64,000 nt of DNA, taken from Octopus sinensis. Taxonomy: Eukaryota. A program made the translations under genes and the position numbers. Below, one piece after another: positions 55,069 to 64,000 of this stretch. The stretch is taken from the NCBI RefSeq assembly GCF_006345805.1, contig NC_043000.1, positions 56,358,001-56,422,000 of the forward strand. The letters run 5' to 3'. Each line of letters opens with the position of its first letter. The stretch's first letter is position 1. The notes under the pieces were generated by a model. That model saw only the letters and a list, made by a program, of their open reading frames with translations, was not told the DNA's origin and ran no database searches.

Positions 55069-55528
55069 GCACACTACACAATATGGCTATGCATGCATAC
55101 ATCAGTGTATGTAAATGACCAGCTCTCTCTTTCTTACCCTCCATCTGCATACAGATATGTGTGTGTTCACACATATATACATACATAATTATGCACATAT
55201 TACACAATATAATGCATGTGTGCACAAATATGTATGTGAATATATAAATATATATATATATATGCATACATATTTGTATATATATGTGTGTGTGTGTATA
55301 TATATATATATATAAAGAGGGACAAACAGCAGATAGGCACACACACATGGATGCATATGAAATAAAATGCATGGGCATATGTGTACTTCTGCGCATTAGG
55401 CAGTGGCATTCATGCATGACTGTGTTTATATTATATGCTGTAGATTACAAACAGCTGAATAATTCTGCAATTCCAAGGGACTGTTTCTGCTTTTTTCTTT
55501 TTTCTTTTTTTTTTTTGGTTTTTGTTTT

Positions 55529-55572
<44 letters not shown>

Positions 55573-55929
55573 TCCAAGAACGTCTGCATAGAACATTGAA
55601 AGGAACACTGAATATAAACACTCGTTGATGTTTCGCAGGTCACTGGGCTTTAAATATCTTGTAATCCAGAACTCCAGCAACATTTATTGCTGATATATAA
55701 CAACTTTTGACTGAGTAACCGTTTTGTCTGTTTGTATGTATTGCATCTGTATGTGTGTTTATGTGCATGAACGTATTTGTATGTGTGCTTGTGTTTGTGC
55801 ATGTGTGTGTGAATGTATTTCCAAGTGTACTTTTGTTTGTGTATGTATTCAAGCAAGTATGTGTATCTATTCTATATTGATTGATGTGTATTGAAGGCCA
55901 TAGACAACTTTCAACCCAAGCTCATCAAA

Positions 55930-56520
55930 CTGTTATGTATATGCTTTGTATGTGGATGTATTTATGAATGTGTATGTGTATGAGCATGCAGTTGTGCATA
56001 TGTATGTATACGTGTATATGCATGTGTATGTGCATATGCATGAATCTGCATATGTATGTATTTATGTATGTGTATGCATTTGTGTACATGCATGTATTTG
56101 TGTATATGTATGTTTTTGTGCATGTGTATGTATTTGTGCATATGTATGTGTATGTGTATATATTTGTGTGTGTGTGTGTATTTGTGCATGTGTATGTGTA
56201 TGTGTAAGGGTATGTATTTGTGTGTGTATGCATTTGTGTATGTGTAAGTAATTGTGTATGTGTATGTTTTTGTGCATGTGTATGCATTTGTGTATATGTA
56301 TATATTTGTGTGTTTGTGTATGGGTATGTATTAGTGCATGTGTATGTATTTGTGTATGTATATGTATTTGTGTATGTCTATGTATTCGTGTATATGTACG
56401 CATTTGAGTATGTGTATACATTTGTGTGGGTGTATATATTTGTGCATGTGTATGTATTTGTGTATACGTGTGTATTTGTGTATGTGCATGTATTTGTTTA
56501 TATGTATGCAGTTTTGTATT
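55930..56520. repeat. Degenerate TGTGTATGTGCATGTATT-type minisatellite
   Basis: Units of 6/12/18-nt period. They produce the His/Thr-rich pseudo-ORFs. Confidence 0.85.
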
Positions 56521-57030
56521 ACCATCATCATCATCATCATTGTTTAATGTCTGCTTTCCATGCTGGCATGGGTTGGACAGTTTGACTGAAGATTGGCAAT
56601 CAGGAGGCTGCACTAGGCTCCAATCTGATCTGGCAAGTTTTCTACAGCTGAATGCCCTTTGTAATGCCAACCACTTCAAGAGTGCTTTTTACATGCAACT
56701 GGCATGGGGGCCAGTCAGGTAGCACTGGCATCAACCACACTTGAATGGTGCTTTTTATGTGCTACCGGCATGGGTGACAGTCAGACGGTACTGGCATCAG
56801 CCACAACTACAATTTCACTTGACTCAACAAGTCTTCTCAACCACAGCATATTGCCCGACATTTGAAGGGTACTTTTAAATGGGCCAGTTTTGTGATGCTG
56901 GCATTGGCCATGGTTACGATCTCATTTGGCTTGCTGGGTCTTCTCAAGCACAGCATATCTCCAAAAGTCTCAGTTGCTTGTCATTGCCTCTGTGAGGCCC
57001 AACATTTGAAGCTCATGCTTCACCAAGAAA

Positions 57031-57460
57031 TACTGTTAATCAAAATGCTCTGTGGCTAATTCTAAGAAAAATAGGTTGCTCAGAAAAATTTGTGAACATG
57101 ATCAGGGCTCTGCATCAAGATATGAAGGCTTGAGTTAATTTTGGTGGTAGGCTCTCTGAATCTTTTGGAGTAAAGCAAGGAGACTTTGATGCACCCACCC
57201 TCTTTGCACACACACACACACACACACACAAAACCTCCACCAACTATTCTACATATATCTGTGCACAACTTTCAATGCCATGTCTGCTATAAGGTCTGCA
57301 ATTCTAAAGGAGGCCTCAGAAGATATTTTAAGATCCACAAAGATCAGAACTTAACTGCAGCTCTTGGTGGTTTAAATCGGATATGCAATCTATGTGGGTG
57401 TCTTTTCAATACACTGTCTAGTTTAAAAAAACCCACATCAGACACCATGATGAATCTAAG
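57031..57460 (+). mobile_element. Internally deleted RTE-type LINE: RT motif fragment joined to C-terminal C2H2 zinc-finger remnant
   Basis: TVNQNALWLILRKIGCSEKFVNMIRALHQDMKA*VNFGGRLSESFGVKQGDFDAPTLF is an RT region. After a (CA)n break come FQCHVCYKVCNSKGGLRRYFKIH and ICNLCGCLFNTLSSLK(frameshift)HIRHH. Confidence 0.8.
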
Positions 57461-57705
57461 GTGTAGGTACAGGAGGTGATCAGACACTGCATAAGGCATA
57501 GACAACCACCATATATATGTGTATGTGTGTCTCCCAACCACCACTTGACAGTCAGTGTCGGTGTGTCCATGTAACTTAGCGGTTCAGCAAAAGAGACCAA
57601 GTTTAAAAAATAAGTACTGGGGGCTGGTTCTGTCAACTAAATATTCAAGACAGTGCCCCAGCATGGCCGCAGTCCAACGAATGAAAGAAGTAAAAGATAG
57701 ATAAA

Positions 57706-57755
<50 letters not shown>

Positions 57756-57760
57756 TATAT

Positions 57761-57792
<32 letters not shown>

Positions 57793-58510
57793 GATATATA
57801 TATATATAATGGCGGTGCCCCAGCATGGCCACAGCTCATTAGCTGAAACTGGAAAAATCAAAATCATATATATATATATATATATCTATATATATATATA
57901 TATAAGAATGAATTTTTATATATAATGAACGTGAAATACAGGAAGGGACGAACACGGAACACAGACAAATCATTCGAAGCCTTCAATCTTCAGTCAGATA
58001 CCGAATCATCATAGCAAAGTTAGCTGTTCAATTCTGATATTGCTCCAACTCGGCCAGCCCCAGAAAAAAAAAACTAAGCTGTAAGCATTAGATTTCTTGG
58101 TAGAAGACAGGAATGTGAACGCACAAGACGGATGTGAATAACAGAGCGAAAACGAAATTGAAAACAGTATAATGAATAAACAAAATATATATAACGGTGG
58201 TTATCATACGACTTTAGACCAAATGAGACAAAACAACAACAACATAGCAGCTATATATATATATATAAAATTAATTAAGGGTAGAAATTGATATTTATCA
58301 ATTAAGACCAGTGGTCTAGCATATTAAAAAAGAATCCGAAGATTAAAATATTTATATATACCAATTAAGGACTGAACACGAAAAGTGGACAGTCAACATG
58401 CTAGATATAGACGTCAAATCGCCATTCACCACAAAAGATTATGTTCTCAGATCAAATCAACACAAAACCATAGCAATAAACAAGTGAAAAATATACGAAA
58501 TAAAATAATT

Positions 58511-58578
58511 ACCCATGTACTAAATTAGTTTCAGCTGTTATTTTCCGCAAGGAAAACTGCAGCCATCATCAGCATGGT
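58511..58578 (-). ncRNA. Type I hammerhead ribozyme (minus-strand copy)
   Basis: Reverse complement reads ACCATG-CTGATGA-TGGCTG-CAG-TTTTCC-TTGC-GGAAAA-TAA-CAGCT-GAAAC-TAATTTA-GTA^CATGGGT. Core, stems I/II/III and a GUA cleavage triplet are all present. Confidence 0.8.
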
Positions 58579-58871
58579 CCGTTATAAATGTAATTTGCTG
58601 GACTAGATGCAAACACGATACCGAAATATCGCGTGCATGGAGTTCAGCCTATTACATTTGAATATATCTTTCAAATGCCTTTACTTTGGCGCGTTGAAAC
58701 CCGAGAAAACTAGCCTGCAGCTAATAATTAGCAGCAGTCTAGTTTTCTCGGGTTCCAACGCGCCAAAGTAGAGGCATTTGAAAGATATATTCACATGTAA
58801 TAGGCTGAACTCCATGCACGCGATATTTCGGTATCGTGTTTGCATCTAGTCCAGCAATTACATTATAACGG

Positions 58872-58938
58872 ACCATGCTGATGATGGCTGCAGTTTTCCT
58901 TACGGAAATAACAGCTGAAACTAATTTAGTACATGGGT
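58872..58938 (+). ncRNA. Type I hammerhead ribozyme, copy 1
   Basis: CTGATGA 58878-58884 and GAAAC 58917-58921. Stem II is GGCTG/CAGCT. Stem III is ACTA/TAGT. GUA cleavage falls after 58931. Stem I is CCATG/CATGG. Confidence 0.8.
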
Positions 58939-59376
58939 AATTATTTTATTTCGTATATTTTTCACTTGTTTATTGCTATGGTTTTGTGTTGAGTTTGATC
59001 TGAGAACAATAATCTTTTGTGGTGAATGGCGATTTGACGTCTATATCTAGCATGTTGACTGTCCACTTTTCGTGTTCAGTCCTTAATTGGTAATATAAAT
59101 ATTTTAATCTTCGGATTCTTTTTTAATATGCTAGACCACTGGTCTTAATTGATAAATATCAATTTCTACCCTTAATTAATTTTATATAAATAAATATGTT
59201 CTCTAACCGATAATTAACTGCTGCTAATTATTAGCTGCAGTCTAGTTTTCTCGGGTTCCAACGCACCAAAGTAGAGGCATTTGAAAGATATATTCAAATG
59301 TAATAGGCTGAACTCCATGCACGCGATATTTCGGTATCGTGTTTGCATCTAGTCCAGCAAATTACATTTATAACGG

Positions 59377-59443
59377 ACCATGCTGATGATGGCTGCAGTT
59401 TTCCTTGCGGAAAATAACAGCTGAAACTAATTAGTACATGGGT
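59377..59443 (+). ncRNA. Type I hammerhead ribozyme, copy 2
   Basis: CTGATGA 59383-59389 and GAAAC 59423-59427. Stem III is the perfect palindrome ACTAATTAGT. Predicted cleavage after 59436. Confidence 0.8.
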
Positions 59444-59882
59444 AATTATTTTATTTCGTATATTTTTCACTTGTTTATTGCTATGGTTTTGTGTTGAGTT
59501 TGATCTGAGAACATAATCTTTTGTGGTGAATGGCGATTTGACGTCTATATCTAGCATGTTGACTGTCCACTTTTCATGTTCAGTCCTTAATTGGTATATA
59601 TAAATATTTTAATCTTCGGATTCTTTTTTAATATGCTAGACCACTGGTCTTAATTGATAAATATCAATTTCTACCCTTAATTAATTTTATATAAATAAAT
59701 ATGTTCTCTAACCGATAAATTAACTGCTGCTAATTATTAGCTGCAGTCTAGTTTTCTCGGGTTCCAACGTGCCAAAGTAGAGGCATTTGAAAGATATATT
59801 CAAATGTAATAGGCTGAACTCCATGCATGCGATATTTCGGTATCGTGTTTGCATCTAGTCCAGCAAATTACATTTATAACGG

Positions 59883-59950
59883 ACCATGCTGATGATGGCT
59901 GCAGTTTTCCTTGCGGAAAATAACAGCTGAAACTAATTTAGTACATGGGT
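59883..59950 (+). ncRNA. Type I hammerhead ribozyme, copy 3
   Basis: CTGATGA 59889-59895, GAAAC 59929-59933 and GTA 59941-59943, with the same stems as the other copies. Confidence 0.8.
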
Positions 59951-60101
59951 AATTATTTTATTTCGTATATTTTTCACTTGTTTATTGCTATGGTTTTGTG
60001 TTGAGTTTGATCAGAGAACATAATCTTTTGTGGTGAATGGCGATTTGACGTCTATATCTAGCATGTTGACTGTCCACTTTTCGTGTTCAGTCCTTAATTG
60101 G

Positions 60102-60155
<54 letters not shown>

Positions 60156-60159
<4 letters not shown>

Positions 60160-60860
60160 AAGAATGGAGTCAAACGTAGGTGTTATTCAAATCTTTATAC
60201 TTCCGGCATATGTTTCGAAGATATTATTCCAGAGGGAATAAAATGATGCAAAACAATACGATCATCTCACCAGGGGAAAAAAAGAGAAACAAAAAGACCA
60301 TTTTAAACAAATGTGATTATCATATATATGAGGAAGGGGAATGCTAGCAAGTTATTTTAAAAAAAAAACGTTAATACATCAAAGGTAATTTAGAGAAAGA
60401 GGAGAAAGAAAGATATTAACAGAAAATTAAGAATGGAGAAATATAGTGTGATAGATGAATGGGAATAAAGCTTAAAAGTGTGGAAATAGATAGATGTAGT
60501 GGAAATGAAATGTAAGAAGACAGTTAAAGGTCAAATTTTAGAGATTGGTAGAAATTACTTATAGGAACTAAAGGTATGTTTTTGCCAACGTTTACAACGA
60601 TAAACACATTCTTTAAACGTCTTTGCGAGAGTGTTCTCAGAGAAAAGGATGAGAACTTGTTCTTCGTTAAAGAGCAGACAAAAAGATTAACATTTGTCAA
60701 ATAGGAAGGATCTAGATAGAATATTCCATTTCAAATCAAATTGTTTATTATGTTCCTTTAGAGACCGAATTAATTTATTAAGCCAAACGCAACAATACTG
60801 GTTCCTTGTTAAATGATTTATACAAGAGATAAGTAGATTTATTAAAAATATCTGTACACA
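60156..60860 (-). mobile_element. Penelope-like element 3' fragment: GIY-YIG endonuclease C-terminus remnant, 3' UTR and decayed minimal hammerhead
   Basis: Minus frame gives LNKLIRSLKEHNKQFDLKWNILSRSFLFDKC*SFCLLFNEEQVLILFSENTLAKTFKECVYRCKRWQKHTFSSYK* (ends 60555). This matches my recollection of the PLE endonuclease tail (LSKYIW.LK...W.I...C.LC..EK..I...LNKR.E...CRH..K). Downstream, CTGGTGA...GAAACATATGCC lies at 60201-60280. Confidence 0.7.
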
Positions 60861-61299
60861 CACACAAAGCACACACATATATAGGTACATAGGTAAGAGA
60901 ATATGCTCATGTGTGGGTCTGTGAGTAGCAAGAGGGTTGATATAACAATGGTTTAGATGATAGAGGGCAGATCATTAAATATTAAAGAACATTGCATTAC
61001 GAAGGAGAAAAAAATATAGCATTCGTGATAATGACTGTTTGTGTGTTTTGTCTAGATATGTGCATATACGTCCATACATACACGAAGGCTTGCATACAAC
61101 ACACACAAACACACAAACCAAAATACACCGTGCCAGTTTCTGTAAATACTTGTAGATGATATTTATGAAAGTTTCAACATCATATGGTCATGTCTTCATA
61201 AACGACTTTGTGACTTTGTGCCAATGTGTACATACACAAACATATATATTCATATACACACACATACAAACATACATATATGTGTAGTATGCATGTATG

Positions 61300-61385
<86 letters not shown>

Positions 61386-61386
<1 letters not shown>

Positions 61387-62098
61387 TTTAAGAATGGAGT
61401 CAAACGTAGGTGTTATTCAAATCTTTATACTTCCGGCATATGTTTCGAAGATATTATTCCAGAGGGAATAAAATGATGCAAAACAATACGATCATCTCAC
61501 CAGGGGAAAAAAAAGAGAACCAAAAAGACCATTTTAAACAAATGTGATTATCATATATATGAGGAAGGGGAATGCTAGCAAGTTATTTTTAAAAAAAAAC
61601 GTTAATAGATTTAACATCAAAGGTAATTTAGAGAAAGAGGAGAAAGAAAGATATTAACAGAAAATTAAGAATGGAGAAATATAGTGTGATAGATGAATGG
61701 GAATAAAGCTTAAAAGTGTGGAAATAGATAGATGTAGTGGAAATGAAATGTAAGAAGACAGTTAAAGGTCAAATTTTAGAGATTGGTAGAAATTACTTAT
61801 AGGAACTAAAGGTATGTTTTTGCCAACGTTTACAACGATAAACACATTCTTTAAACGTCTTTGCGAGAGTGTTCTCAGAGAAAAGGATGAGAACTTGTTC
61901 TTCGTTAAAGAGCAGACAAAAAGATTAACATTTGTCAAATAGGAAGGATCTAGATAGAATATTCCATTTCAAATCAAATTGTTTATTATGTTCCTTTAGA
62001 GACCGAATTAATTTATTAAGCCAAACGCAACAATACTGGTTCCTTGTTAAATGATTTATACAAGAGATAAGTAGATTTATTAAAAATATCTGTACACA
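61386..62098 (-). mobile_element. Second copy of the Penelope GIY-YIG 3' fragment
   Basis: Near-identical to 60156-60860 with a period of 1230-1237 bp. ORF remnant ends at 61793. Hammerhead remnant at 61431-61510. Confidence 0.7.
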
Positions 62099-62560
62099 CA
62101 CACAAAGCACACACATATATAGGTACATAGGTAAGAGAATATGCTCATGTGTGGGTCTGTGAGTAGCAAGAGGGTTGATATAACAATGGTTTAGATGATA
62201 GAGGGCGGATCATTAAATATTAAAGAACATTGCATTACGAAGGAGAAAAAAATATAGCATTCGTGATAATGACTGTTGTGTGTTTTGTCTAGATATGTGC
62301 ATATACGTCCATACATACACGAAGGCTTGCATACAACACACACAAACACACAAACCAAAATACACCGTGCCAGTTTCTGTAAATACTTGTAGATGATATT
62401 TATGAAAGTTTCAACATCATATGGTCATGTCTTCATAAACGACTTTGTGACTTTGTGCCAATGTGTACATACACAAACATATATATTCATATACACACAC
62501 ATACAAACATACATATATGTGTAGTATGCATGTATGTATATATATATATATTATATATAT

Positions 62561-62639
<79 letters not shown>

Positions 62640-62651
<12 letters not shown>

Positions 62652-62809
62652 ATGTATACATACATACACATATATGTATAATATATACACACAAACTTAT
62701 ACCTATATAATTTTTGAATAAAGGTGCATAAAGTATTTGATTGTATTCATATATAAAATGACATATGTATATATCTATATATGCATAACTGTACTGAGAT
62801 ATATATGTA

Positions 62810-62860
<51 letters not shown>

Positions 62861-63006
62861 ATATATATATGTAATATATGTATATATATACACACACAAA
62901 TATATCATATGTACATATATATCATCTATATACATATATTTATATATATGTATGTATGTATACATATATATATATACACACATATATATATATATATATA
63001 TGTATA

Positions 63007-63037
<31 letters not shown>

Positions 63038-63270
63038 TGCATATATATATATATATACACACACACATACATGCGCACATATACATACATATGAGTGAGT
63101 ATGTGTGTGTGTGTGTGTGTATGTATACATACATACACATATATGTATAATATATACACACAAACTTATACCTATATAATTTTTGAATAAAGGTGCATAA
63201 AGTATTTGATTGTATTCATATATAAAATGACATATGTATATATCTATATATGCATAACTGTACTGAGATA

Positions 63271-63351
<81 letters not shown>

Positions 63352-63590
63352 TATATATATATACACACACAAATATATCATATGTACATATATATCATCT
63401 ATATACATATATTTATATATATGTATGTATGTATACATATATATATATACACACATATATATATATATATATATATGTATATATTATATATACATATATA
63501 CACACACATATGCATATATATATATATACACACACACATACATGCGCACATATACATACATATGAGTGAGTGTGTGTGTGTGTGTGTGTG
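62640..63590. repeat. Tandem duplication, period ~470 bp
   Basis: ACCTATATAA at 62701/63170. Junctions are in (TG)n. Confidence 0.9.
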
Positions 63591-63805
63591 TGGAAACATG
63601 ACTGTTCCCTATTTACACACACAAGCATACACACATGAGTATATATATATATGTGTGTGTGTGTTTTGTTGGATTCTTTCATTTTTGACATTTTTATCTT
63701 TTTATCACATCAGAAAATATTGCTTCCAGTTTCAAAATCAGACATCTAACCAACATCTGAAAGCAAATAAATGTGATCTCCTACACACAGACATATATAT
63801 ATATA

Positions 63806-63861
<56 letters not shown>

Positions 63862-64000
63862 ATATATATAAAATATTGAATATATATGTACTTATATGTT
63901 TGTATCTGTGTGTATATATATTATATATACATACGCTTCTGTTTATCTATATATATATATGCACACATACACGCTTGTATGTGTGTGTGTACAATATATG

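Larger units (their letters stand above)
58262..60105. mobile_element. Penelope-like pseudo-LTR / retrozyme-like array: one inverted plus three direct copies of a ~505-bp hammerhead-containing unit
   Basis: Unit landmark ATGTTCTCTAACCGA recurs at 59196 and 59701 (period 505). 58262-58725 is the reverse complement of 58727-59188. Each copy has CTGATGA...GAAAC. The array is flanked by (TA)n on both sides. Inverted plus tandem terminal repeats carrying hammerheads is the known PLE architecture. Confidence 0.8.
60110..62620. repeat. Tandem duplication, period ~1230-1237 bp
   Basis: AGAATGGAGT at 60161/61391. Copies differ by a 7-bp indel and a few substitutions. Junctions are in (TA)n(GA)n. Confidence 0.95.

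Noticed and set aside
55925-56679. His-rich ORFs up to 205 aa resembling metal-binding proteins
   Set aside because: They derive from a TG/TA/CA minisatellite and are open in several frames at once.

Overview
AT-rich, microsatellite-saturated animal genomic DNA. The repeat repertoire and (TA)n/(ATT)n/(CA)n load resemble an octopus or other coleoid cephalopod; this is recognition from memory, not a database result. No complete protein-coding gene can be supported. Nearly all listed ORFs are microsatellite or repeat read-through, and only a few isolated candidate exons are visible, the best being 26723-26780 (+). The window is mostly intronic or intergenic and filled with mobile DNA: several tRNA-derived SINE families, RTE, L1/Tx1-like and R4/Dong-like LINE fragments, two non-autonomous Helitrons, piggyBac-type MITEs and Penelope-like element (PLE) pieces. 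The standout is 58262-60105, a ~505-bp unit present once inverted and three times in tandem. Each copy carries a complete type I hammerhead ribozyme core, and the first two copies form a ~930-bp palindrome. It sits next to a duplicated Penelope GIY-YIG remnant with its own decayed hammerhead. Many near-identical tandem duplications bounded by microsatellites could be real or assembly artefacts.
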